DNA from: Lama guanicoe
Lineage: Eukaryota
Direction of reading: 5' to 3'
Length of the DNA stretch: 64,000 nucleotides
Assembly: GCA_013239625.1 (NCBI GenBank)
Contig: MU054323.1
Span: 9,269,186-9,333,185 of the forward strand
Positions within the stretch are counted from its first letter, which is position 1, and every line of letters starts with the position of its first letter. Both the position numbers and the translations under genes were made by a program. The notes beneath the pieces were generated by a model. It was not told the DNA's origin, did not search any database, and saw only the letters and a list, made by a program, of their open reading frames with translations. This document shows, piece after piece, positions 52,197 to 64,000 of this stretch.

Positions 52197-53104
52197 GATG
52201 TCTATTGTTTTGTCTATGTAGCATCTCTCCTCCTCCATCTTGTAGCAGTATCCCATGTCCACCTTCTCTTCCCTACAACATCCCTGTATTTCTGGTAAGG
52301 CTGTACATTTCAGCTCCTCTTCTGCCTGGAAGGGATTAGTCCTAGGGCTGGGTATATCATCCAAGCTGACCTAGTCAGTCTTTCCTAGAACATTTGAAAA
52401 ATAAAGTAAAAAGACAAAAACTTTTTCTTTGCTGTAATATTGATAAGCTGGAATGAAATGAGTTTAGGACTACAGTCAGTCATGTTTCTCACTATGTAGG
52501 AAAAGTCTCTAGGTCAGCACTGCCCAGTAGAAGTAAAATGCAAGTCACATATATGAGCCACATATGTAACTTCTAGTTGCCGCGTTAGAGGAACTAAGAA
52601 AGAGGTGGAAGTAGTTTTAATAATATGTTTTATTTAATCCATTATTTTCAAAACATTACTTCAATATGTAAAAAAATTAAAATTATTAATGAGATTTATA
52701 TATATGTATATATTATATTACGTCTTTGAAATCTTGTGTGTATTTTACTCTTTACCACCTCTCAATTCAAACTAGTCATATTCCAAATACTCAATGGCTA
52801 CATTTGGTTAATGGCTACCATGTTGGACTATACACCTCTACACAGTGTGAATGAAGAAAGCCACTGTGGAAAAAGAAGTAAAGATGAGGACTAGAGACTT
52901 AGAGAGAACCCATTCTGTCAATGCTGAGGTTTTTGGTTTCAGTCCTTGAAGTTTGAGGCTCTGTCTTGGCTGTAATTCCTATGAGCAGCTGTCCTTTGGA
53001 GTCTTTGAGCCTCTCCCATAGTTTTCCAATAAACAATCTTTTTTGCTTAAGTGAGTGTGATTTGGGTTTTGTCATTTATAATCAGAAAAATCTTGACTCG
53101 TACA
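52197..53104. mobile_element. MLT1 (J/K/L-like) LTR interrupted by MER33
   Basis: ccaataaac...tttgcttaag...gggttttgtcatttataatcagaaaaatcttgactcgtaca end motif. Confidence 0.6.
52515..52835. mobile_element. MER33 hAT-Charlie MITE
   Basis: cagcactgcccagtagaa...attattaatgagattt...tggctaccatgttggac. Confidence 0.75.
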
Positions 53105-55026
53105 TGAAGGCGTTATTACCTCCATTTTTTTTTTTTTTTTTAGATGAGGAAACTAAAGCTGAGAGAAGTTCATGGGTTAGGCTGGGCTATCACATCTGTA
53201 CGTGACGGGGCGCAAGCTTTCAGTTCTGGTTCTCCTCACGCAAAGGCCCATGCTCTCTCCAGCATGAGAGATGACTGTGGAAGCTAGTGGTGGAGCGGGC
53301 CCTTTTCTTTACATAAAGGGATGGAACTTTATTCTTACACATTCAAAGGTCAGCATAGTTTTTTCTAGCCTCTGATATAATGGAATTATGAAAATATTTC
53401 TTTCCTTGACAGAAACTTTTTGGTGGGAATGCATAGTAGTCCTGTCAACACATTCCACCCCCACCCCTCTCTAAAAGTTACTCTAGCAAGTCACTTGGCA
53501 GTGAAGGGAACCTGCTTCAGATATGCATATTCTTGCATAATCTGTGGTCACATGTGTAGACTGGTGGCATCATCCAACCTTGTTTCATTTGAAATATATC
53601 ACAGCCTGTCCAGGAAACTTTATTAGCAATTCTAAACAATTACGTCATTAAAGAGTAAGACTTTTGAGTTCTGTTAAGGCTGTGTAAGATCTGTTTTCCA
53701 CCCTGAGTACAAGTTAAGCAAGTTCTTACAATAATTTTAGAATGATTCAGTCTTTTCTGGCTGCCATCACTGATGTTGCAAAAAACTGGAAATCAACATG
53801 AGGCTATTCTTTTCTGTTTTTCAATCCTTTTGAATGATTACAGTACTCTAATGTTCAGTTGATCCATTTTAGGAAATTGTCACAAACTCATATGCTGAGA
53901 ATCATCACGCATAAAGCTGAAGTTTTATGCTAGAACACTCAGGCAATCTATAATCGCAGTAGAAAAAATTATAGTTGATAGCACGTAGCTAAAAGTTCAA
54001 CTTAATTTATTTACCCCATTTATTTACACACTATCAGATGTTTCGTTATTAGACGATAAAAGGACAGTTCCAGGCAATTTAACTTTAGTGGGTAGTGTGA
54101 CATAAAAGTACCCAGAATTAAAATCTACAAAGCAAGAGTGCTGTCTCATTTGTAAGTGTGAGATCTGAACCTGCCACCACCATCACATCTCTCATTCAAA
54201 AATCCCATTTGTGTCTCTATTGTGCCATGTATTAAAAATTTGAGAAGAAGGATAATGGGTTCACATTGAGGGTCTTATCATTGTGATCCTGCTGTACAGC
54301 TCTTGTTTCTTACCCACAGTTCCTACAACTGGCAGCCAATTCTTAGTGCTGTAGGAACTCTGATTATGAGATCCTGGCCATGACAGGAGCCACCCCTTGG
54401 ATCTAGTTCTCCTTTAATCTTCTCTCTCTTTTCTAAGCCTTACTACCCTAGTTCTTCCCTTAGATGTAGGATGTAGGAAAGGAAACTACATCTGTGCACA
54501 CACTAGTTTGGAGAGACTCCTTGGGTGGCTGGCGAAGTTCTGTTTCTTGATCTAGGTGGTTCTTTCAAGGGTGTTTATCTTTTAGTAATTCACTAAACTG
54601 TAGATATTTTTTTGTGTGGGTTTCTGTATTTGTAGTTGGATTTTTCAATAAGAAGGTGATTATATTTTACCTCCATTTGCCCTGCCTAGTCTTGTCTTCT
54701 GCTAAGAAACTCGGGGCTATGAAATCTATTGTGTGTAAGAAAATCTCCTTCAGAGTCATCCTTGGAAAAGGGTCCATCCATCCTTCTAGTCAACAGATAT
54801 TATTGGATTGTTACTGTGTTCGACACTGCACTTGATGCTGAGGATATATATGCTGGAAAACATGATAAATGTGATGTGTCCTCACTGTGCTTTCTAATCA
54901 TATCAGTGATACCGCAGGTTAAAAGGCTATTTATTTTTTAGTGTACTGTTGGGGAATATTGTCTTAAAGATTTATATTTATATCTGAAGTCATACGTCTT
55001 GGTAGACATTTGTCTATAGGTAGTAT

Positions 55027-55543
55027 TGTAGTTATTTACTATTGCATAATAAATTATTCCAAAACTTAGTGCCTTAAAACAATAAACATTCATTTTGTCA
55101 CGGTTTCTCTGGGTTAGGAATTTGGGAGTGACTTAGCTGTGGGTTTCCAGCTTGAAGTTTTTCATGTAGTTGCTGTCAAGATGTTGGCAGTGATGTCGTC
55201 ATCTAAAGGTTCAGCTGGGCCTGGAGCATCAGCTTCCAAGATGGCTCATTCCCGTGGCCATTGGCAGGAGGGCTTCAGTCCTCATCACATGGGCCTTTCT
55301 GTAGGCTGAGTGAGTGTCCTCACAACATGGCGCCTGAATTCCTCCAGGGCCAGCAGTCTGAGAGAGTAAGGTGGAAGCTGAAGTGCCCTTTATGACCTAG
55401 TGTCTGAAGTCACACACTGTCCTTTCCCTTCATTGACTTCATTAGTATAAGTCCAGCTCACACTTAAGGGAAAGACAGTTAGGCTCCAATTCTTGAAGGT
55501 AAGAGTATCAAGGAATTTGTGGACATATTTTAAAACCACTACA
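55027..55543. mobile_element. MLT1F-like solo LTR
   Basis: ccaaaacttagtgccttaaaacaata...aaggaatttgtggacatattttaaaaccactaca. Confidence 0.8.
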
Positions 55544-57133
55544 GGAAGTAAGTAGGTCAATAGACAAACACTAGGCTCTGAAAGCTCATGAGTGTTACGT
55601 TATCCCTGTATCCCTCTCCTTACCTGCATCAGCCTCACGTGCCACCCACACCAAACAGGTAGCCTGAACATTGCTTACGTTTCCTTGGTTTTGTGTCATC
55701 TTTGGCCTGGAATACTCTATGTTACAATTTCTGCCTGTTGAAGTCTTACCCATGAGATGTGGCCTTATACCACTGTCACTTCCAGGAAGAGTAAGTTTGG
55801 GGAAAGGCCTTGAGGTAGACAAGTTTGAATTCTGTTCAGGGAAAAACAAGATTGTTGAGTGTGGAATGCCAGGTTAAAGGATTTGAACTTCATTTAGTAC
55901 ATGCTAAAAAGTCAGAGGCAAGAGATAGGCAATGTGGTGCCCTCAGATTCTCTGGGGATGACATATGGCGGCAAGAAGCCAGGTCAGAGGAGACGGCAGC
56001 CGTCCGGAAGTGAAGTCATACTCTGGAAGCAGTACGATAGGAAGGAAGGGATGATGCTTGTGAGTTTAAGCTCCTTATGGCAGAATTAGTCTAGTTTGTC
56101 TTTGTATTTCCCTGCATTCTAGCATTCTGTCCTGAACCCAGTGTATACTCAGGAAGAATCTGCTTGCTAAAGAAAAAAAATGTGTATATAGTATATGTAA
56201 AATGATTTCTTGATAATGTAGATGAGTTCTTATATTATTCAAGTGAACTCTACATTTTCTACTGATTTTTTAAAAAGAAACATTATGATCCACATCATAG
56301 CAATTAAAATCTTAAATCTGAAGATAACAGATAAAAGGAAATATACTTTTAGAACTCAGTCTGTTTTTATTCAGTTTATATATTTTACTTGGTATGATGA
56401 GACAAGCCTAATAAAAGGTAGAAACAGACCTCTGATTATGTAATAGCCTGCAATTATTTTTATGGCTATTGCATTCCAGTCTTCTTATACAATATTTACA
56501 ATGTACATGCGTCACAAGGGCACAAAATACAAGTTCTAACAATCTTAGCCATAAATCAGAATCAGTCATGCAATGTGGCATTTGTGAACTTGCTTGGCTG
56601 ATGCAGATGACCTTTGCTAAGAATACATAAAATTCTAAGTTTACAGCTCTGTGGTAGATTTGGGGTTTTAAGTTCTAAAATTTAATTACCCTTCCCACCC
56701 TATAATGAATTCTGCCAAGACATTTCGATATTGGTTTAATTGTGAAGATGGAGGAAAACTCATATATTACATTTTGAAAGAAAACAAAATGTTTTAAATA
56801 TTGTATGAATGTGATGAGAATTTCAGCAGATTATGGCTACAAAAGATTATGATTCAGCCTGAAAACATAACCTATGGAAAATCATCAACTGTGCAGAATG
56901 AGCTCTTCCAGATGACAGATCTTACTAGGAAAACCTGCCAATAAAAGAGAGAACGCTTGGAGAAAAAGAATCCCGTTGACTTTCAACATATGGCCTCGAC
57001 ACTGACATTCTTATAGCTTTTAGTGAATAGCAACCCAAAATAACTGGGTTGATAAAAAGCAAAAAAAAAAAAAAAAAAAAAAGTGGATTTAAAAAAATTA
57101 GCTCTTATTTTTTTTTCCTTTATTTTTTTTTCA

Positions 57134-57143
57134 NNNNNNNNNN
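57134..57143. other. Assembly gap (10 N)
   Basis: nnnnnnnnnn in the sequence. Confidence 1.
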
Positions 57144-60100
57144 AAAAAAAAAAAAAAAAGAGAGTGGATTTAAAAAACTCTGCTCTGATTTTTTTCTCCT
57201 TTACTTTTATTTCAGAGGATGTTTTTCATGGAGCATGATGAAGGGTACATCTTCATTATATTTTCATCTTTGAGGATGATAGAGACTCCTTGCAAACTGA
57301 AAATAAAGACATATATATCCATGTAAACTTACATATTAGTGAGAAAATTTCCATCTTCCTCCATTACCCTCTTTGTTGGTTTTCTCAACCTCATACGCCC
57401 TGCATTGGTCCTTTTCTTCCTTGCTCTTCTTTCCAGGGATCCTGTATTTATCCCTTTCTTTGATTCTGTCTTTCAACTGCTACTGCTACTTAAGAAGAAA
57501 GAGGCCACGACAGATTATCTCGTTTACTTCCTAGGTATTATGCAGATTGTACAATGTGTCTGAAAGTTTCGGATTGTTAGCTCATGTATTCATTCTCACT
57601 TTCATTCAAGTATTGAGTACCTACTGTGTGCCAACTAGAGAAATGTATAGTTTATAGGCTGAAACCTAATATATTTCCAGCTGTCTTTAGAATATGGTGG
57701 GTCAAAGAGTTAGTTACAAGTTAAATGTATAGGTCAAGTATACTTCTAATATTTCCTTCCTGAAACGGAACTGATCCAGATAGTCATTCCCTCTAGAGAG
57801 CTCTTAGTATCTCCTAAATTCCATTAAGGTTGGGTTGCCCCCCAACCATGGGAATTTAGAGTGGGATTGACCCAGCAGGAAGATTAACTGCCAAATAACT
57901 GCAAAGCAGTGGATAAATGCAAACACACGGAAGTGTCAGTGTTCCAGCTCGGCTGCTTGCTAGTTGAGCCCCTTTGTATGTACACAGTTACACCTACTTC
58001 AGAGAGTAGCTGTGAAGATTAAATGAGTTGGTATCTATGAATGTTATCTGTTATCATTCCTGGCACTATGATTGTGATAAAAATAATTCTTAAAATAACA
58101 GGACAAATATTTACTAATTGCTGTGGTTGGTACAACAAATCCAAGCCTAGATGCTATAATGAATAAACCTTAAAAAGTTAAACCTACTTTAAGGCAGGTT
58201 TCAAATAGCTTCATTAAACCTAACTGTTATCAAATTACTTTTTCACTCTAGTTTTTCTTTATAGTTTTAAGAAAAGCTTTCATTCTTACAAAGCTTTCTA
58301 GTGTCTTTATCTCCCTGCTCCAGGGCACTATGAAAGCGTTTCCCCTTGTTAGCTAACCTGAAAGTTTGTATCTATGGCAACTCCTATTCTAATGCCCCTT
58401 GTGTGTCTCTTTTTTTCCTATGGAGAGAAAATACTTTGTCATCTCTTACCTCCAATGCCCATGCTCTCTTCAAAAATCCCCAGGGGGGTATTAATTTTGA
58501 CCAGTAAAAAAAAGAAAACTAAAACATTAGATCACTCTGTTTATTAGCTGGAATAATTTAATAAGGAGATGCTTTCTCTCATCTACTATTTGGTTAGCCA
58601 AATAGTAGTTCATTTGGGAAATTCAGGTTCAAAACCACTGAATTTCACTCCCGTATTTTTTTTTTCTATCATGCAAATCTATCTGTTAAATTTAATTTTT
58701 AGTCTCTTGATGTCAATTTACATAATGATTAAATTCCTGAAAAGTAGTTAAGAAGTATTTTCTCATATATGTTATAGTAGTTTGACAGGAAAACAGTTTG
58801 GGTTTAGTTCCTTTGGTAAAACTGTAGGTGGTCTTCCCTTATTCCTTTAACAATGAAGACAATTTATGAGAAACAGACTGTATTGAAAACCTGTTTATGA
58901 AACACAGTAAGTTCCAGTGTTCGATTTTGCTCACTTTCAACCTAGCGTGTTCTTTAAGCTCGGCCATGTTGTCTGGCTGTGTTGGTGCCCGCGCTTTCTC
59001 TCTGTGGAGCCAGCGATCAGTGCCACTGATCTTCCTTCGTCTTCAGTGCCTCCGAGGACCCCCCAGTTTTCCTCAGTGGTGATGGCCCTTTGCTGCTTCT
59101 TATCTGGCTGTGATTTTACTTAGGAGTTTAACACTCCCCCCCTCACCCCCAATCACAAATGAATTCAAAGAGCATAATCTTGGAATTTTATTTCAGCTAG
59201 AAAATTGCATATGTGGTATTTCCATTGGAGCTGAAATTGGTGAAGCTGATAGAGACCAGATCTTGAATGTTGCAGAGAGCAGACTGCATTTTGTCAGTTT
59301 TACTTTTCAAAAATGTTTGAAGCGGTATGTAAAGAGATAAGAATCGTTTGTTACCACAGCTTTCCTTCTGTGACAGGAGCCATGACAACAAAGTCCTTCT
59401 CTGACCCTGAATTCAGTTCTTACCTAAGATTTAAGATTGCAAGAGCATTTTTTAATAAGTAGTCAATTACAACCTTAGGAAAATGCTTGAAGCAGGTTAA
59501 GTGTTGTTCTTTGAATAGGATGGTATTTCCAAATGTTCAACCACTTGACCTTCAGGCTCTTCCTTGCACTTATTTAGGAAAACTTGATAGTCTGCAGTGC
59601 TTTGAAGTCTCCCTTTTTCTCTATTTATGCGTAAGCTTAAATTCAGAACTTTTTTGGTTGTTCAGGTTAACATCTCTTAGGGCCAGAGTTCTCTGTAATC
59701 TCTAGTCTAATATCGCATGCCACTGATACCATTTATATTTCTTAATGCAACAGATATGGAGTGCTTTAATTCTGAGAGAAGAGGCTAGGACCATCACTCA
59801 TGGAACAAAATCCAGATTTAGCCCTTTGTAGATTTGTGTGGGTTATAAATAGGATTTTTTTTTTTACTTCCCTAACCCTTCCTAAGAGAGTTATACTATT
59901 GGTAAATCTTCAGTAGACTGATTCTCCCTTTCTGTGGACTTTTGCATTTTCTCTTCTTTATTGCCCTCCATGGCATTAGTAGGGGTGAATGAAGATGAAA
60001 AGTGTAGAGTATTTATTGGAGGGAATGGTCACCCAAGCAGAGAAGGACCAGCGGATGGTACTTGTTCACCATGCAGAGGCACTCCATTGATTTGGATAAA

Positions 60101-60769
60101 TTCAGATTTTCAAGCTGTTGTTTGAAATATAAAATTTCCTTGAGAACAGTGAACTTTATACTTTTAGTGTACATTTAACTAAGTAGATATTTGAAATATG
60201 CTTTTGCCAAGAATTCTGGGGAATGGGTGACTTGATACAGACCAGGAAAAGATAGTTTTTTTAAGAAGTTCACATAGGGCATTGCATAAGGCAGTCACAG
60301 ATTTTCCTGGTTCATAGACCCTCGGAACCATATCTGCATTGAACCCTGAAGATTTTCCATACTACTTAGTCAAGAAGTCTGCTGTTGTCTTTGGCTGCTT
60401 CCAGTTTAAATACAAAGTACACCCAGTGTAGATAATACAAGTTCCGACAAATAGGCTTTTTTCTTGATTGCACTGGAAACTGGATCGTTTTTTAAGGACA
60501 ACTGTCTTTGGTTTTGCAGAACACGTATTCTTCAGCATGGATTGTTGTGAACACCCGAGGGCCCCCAGGACCTAATTTGATCATATCACTTCAATTCTTT
60601 TCCTAACCTCCCTCCCCTCGCTCAATCGCACCCCAGAGAAAATGCTCAGGAAATACAACAAAGGCACCAGATCATGTTATCAGACTTCCTTAGTTCACTA
60701 GAGTGCCAGTATCTTAGGAAGGTTAGGACAATGTTAAATGTAGTTTTTATGAAATCCATGATTTTATCA

Positions 60770-61320
60770 AGAAGCAGAAATAGTAGTGGAGAGGAAGCAG
60801 GGATGGCCACTAGGTTTCTGGCTTGAGTGACTGTGTAGCTAGTGGTACCATTTACTTAGATGGGGAGGATAGGGATGGGAGAGGGGTACAAGCTGGTACA
60901 GTTTGGTAGGGGTTAGGGGGGTGAGAGGTTAGTAGGTTGAAGGGTTGATTAAGAATTCCAGTTTCCACATGTTAATTTGGAGCTGCCTAGGAGATGTCTA
61001 GGTGAAGATGTCCAGTAGATCGGGTCAGCAAGTCTGGAGTTCAGAGAGAGATGGAGGTGAAGATATCAACCTGGAAGCGTCTAGCATGAAGGCATTGCTT
61101 AGATGTGCTAGAATGCCTGGAGTCACCTGAAGAGCCCCAAGTCCTGAGGAATATATGGAGGTCATGTAGAGGAGAAGCAGTCAATAAAGGGACCAACCAG
61201 GGGGTTACTGAAATGTAGAAAAACCAGGAGAGAGTGGTATTGCAGAAACCAAGAGGGGAGATGTTCCAAAAGAAAGCATGGTCAACTGTATCTAATGCTG
61301 CTGAGCAGTGACTGAGAGGG
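60770..61320 (-). mobile_element. L2 fragment, antisense
   Basis: ggtttctggcttgagtgactg...gtctggagttcagagagag...ggtcaactgtatctaatgctgctgag. Confidence 0.7.
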
Positions 61321-63324
61321 AAATAGTGTTAAAATATGGTGGCTCGATTGCTTGTTCTGCATTTATTCATTCATTCATTTGTTCACTTGTTATTCATTAA
61401 ACAACTGGTTCTTCACTTAGATCTTAAAATTATTCATATTTGCAAATTGAACCAGTTTTTTGTCTCTTGATTTTTTGTCGAGCAAACATACAAATTAACG
61501 TATACTCTTAAATAAATTGAGGAAATATTAATCTCAACTTCTCTAGCAAGTTACTTTCTAAGTAAGAGAAATTTGATGAGAGAAAAATGACAATAAAAAC
61601 CATTTCTCAAAAAGCCCTTGGTTTGCAGTGCCCTGTAGACCACATTGTTCAGAGCATGGTTCAAATAGAAGAAAATTGCTTTCAAAACCACGTAAAATTA
61701 CCTCGGCAGTCTCATTTTTAGTAGCCCTCTACAAGCAGATTAATTTCATTGTTTCATTGAACTCCCTATTTGATTAACTAGTGACTTGATTTAGTAAACA
61801 TTTGTCAGGTGATGTCTTCCCTGGAGATGTATTAAGCTTGGAGTATGTAAGGCATCTTTTCCTCTTCAAACAGTGTTAAGTTAGGAAAGTGTTGTGGTAA
61901 TACTATGAGTACAATTGTCTGAGAACATTAAGAACCTTAGTCTGGATCTTTTGTAACCATAAAAGGCAATGTGTCATGCTTTCCTGTTTTGCATGGATGA
62001 GAAGGGAGTCAAAAACACCAAAAGAATTTTTATTACATAGAAATATTTCCTTCCTAGCAAGCAGTGTGTGGAGCAATAATGAGCCTAAAAACAATCTTAC
62101 ATGGTGGCGGGAGAGGAAGGCAGGGAAATGCGGTGCGGTTGTACAGACTTGGGGCTGGTCCCGAAGCAGCTAGGTCCAGCCAGGGTCCCTTCTACACACC
62201 AGCCTGGCACTTTACCTTCCTGTGCATCTGGTCACAGCTCTCTGAGAGGCCAGACAAGTTTCCGTTTCCTCTCTCTAGAAGAGAAACTTGTCAAAGACCG
62301 TGGTGCAGATCATTGGTGAAGACAGGCTAGAACCATACTTCCCTAACTGCCAGCGCGTGGCTAAGACCGGAGAGGTATCCGTGGTGTTGAGAAATTGTTT
62401 CCCGTGAGGCCAATTACTCAGTCCAGAAAATGTTGCTTTTAGAGTACCCAGTGGTAGCTTAAGCATAGTAGAGCCTCACCACTAAATACTGTCAGTGTAC
62501 CTCAACTGTGGATTTGAGAACAGCTTAAAATGGTTATCACATTACAACACACGTGAGGAACCTGCATTTTCTAGCAGCCAAATTGACATTTGGTCCCTCT
62601 CATTTGTGATGCCATGCTACCCTCATTTCTTTACTATCATTTCCTTCATTCAGAAATTTGGTCATTTTTAAGCCAAATTAGAAGAGACCTGCAGTTTCTT
62701 TAGTTTGTTTCAGACCCATTACCTTTCGGTAGACGGAACCTGCTTCCTCCTCTGGGTGTGGAAATGATACAGCTACCGAAAAGCCACAGGGACGTTTGTG
62801 TCAGATGTTCTTAAGATGTGCTTACTGTAGTTTATTTGTTAAACAATTCTGTACTATGCATAAGAATTAAGGTAATAGTACAGAATACGTTTTGTAATTT
62901 TTTAGTAATGAGTTAGTAGTAACAAAGTAAAGACAGCCTCAAGTTGTTTATGTTCTTTGGAGGTGAGGAAACAAATACTGAGACTCAACAATGAGCGTTC
63001 CCTAAGATCTTGTGGTGTAATCGTGGTGTGACCGTGGCACATGGTTGTGGGGGAGAAAAAAAGAAAAGCCCAAGCCCTTCACTCTGATGGAAGTGATTTG
63101 CAAGTGAGGAGCAGCTGTACTCCAGCACAATGCATCCGTCAGTTCTAGGTTAGAAGAGTCGCGTTCCTGGGGCGACACCACAGTGCATTCTCAGTATTGT
63201 GCCAACACGTGCTGGTAGTTCTCTGATGTGGCTGAGAACTGGTATTGCATAGCTTTAGGAGAAATGTTTTAAAGATAAAAGACTGAGGAGCAGAAGTAGG
63301 GAAGAGGGAGTACTTCTACCATCT

Positions 63325-63505
63325 GAATTCTGTTAGTGGTTCTGAGCAGCAGAGGCTGTTACCCCCAGGTCCCTGTCCCGGCTTTCTCACTACGCTGACC
63401 TGGGGTGGGTTATTGAACTCATTTATGCCTTTGTATCTTCTCTAAAGTGAGTATAATACCCACCTCATAGTCTAGTTGTCAGGATGAAATTAAATCATCC
63501 ATGTC
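63325..63505 (+). mobile_element. MIR fragment
   Basis: gctgacctgggg...taatacccacctcatag...gttgtcaggatgaaattaaat. Confidence 0.55.
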
Positions 63506-64000
63506 CACTTCATATAATCTCTTTCATGTAAGTCTGCAGACAATGATAGTAGTTTTGAGGTGGTGTTATTTTTGTGGTACCTTAGTTCAAAGGCTTTCAG
63601 GTTTTTTTTTTACTAATAGACTCTAAGCTTGATTAATCCAGTCAACATTACAGGGACTAAAAATGTTCTTTCACCTGGAAACATTCCCCTCATTCTTATC
63701 ATTTCTCTATTCCTTTATACAGCTTCCCTCCTGTTCTAAGTGAAACTCGATTCTTCCCTTCTCTGTGGATGCCTCATTTCCCGCCCCCTACCCCACTTAT
63801 CCTGATTTAAGAAAATATTAAAATGTCACCTTTTGTCCCCCTGCACCATTTTCCTCAAGTGGTCATGCTGACTCTGTCCACTGAGGACTCATTCCCACCT
63901 CTGCAGACAACCCCAGTACCTGGGTCATACCATTTCTCCCGCCTCTGCCATCCTCCCTGCCAGTGTTGGTATGTGAGATGACAGTCCACTCATGACTCTT

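Noticed and set aside
1..64000. CRISPR arrays, operons or a novel multi-gene system
   Set aside because: Eukaryotic intronic DNA with no regular repeat-spacer array and no long unexplained ORFs.

Overview
Mammalian genomic DNA: AT-rich, CpG-depleted and dense in repeats. It is probably camelid, because it carries three tRNA-Ala-derived SINEs of the camelid Vic type. The whole window lies inside BABAM2 (BRE/BRCC45) on the + strand. Only two coding exons are present: 22667-22861 (195 nt) and 40482-40556 (75 nt), both phase 0 with canonical AG/GT sites. By my recollection of the human gene these are exons 5 and 6. The rest is intron, containing decayed L1, L2, L3/CR1, MIR, MLT1/ERV LTR and hAT/Tigger elements, plus one 10-N assembly gap. 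The other ORFs in the track are repeat remnants or chance ORFs. I see no evidence of a new biological system. The most interesting items are atypical retrotransposition footprints, small local duplication or template-switch scars, and a candidate intragenic promoter/enhancer in the upstream intron. Repeat subfamily names and boundaries are by-eye estimates and need RepeatMasker/Dfam confirmation.
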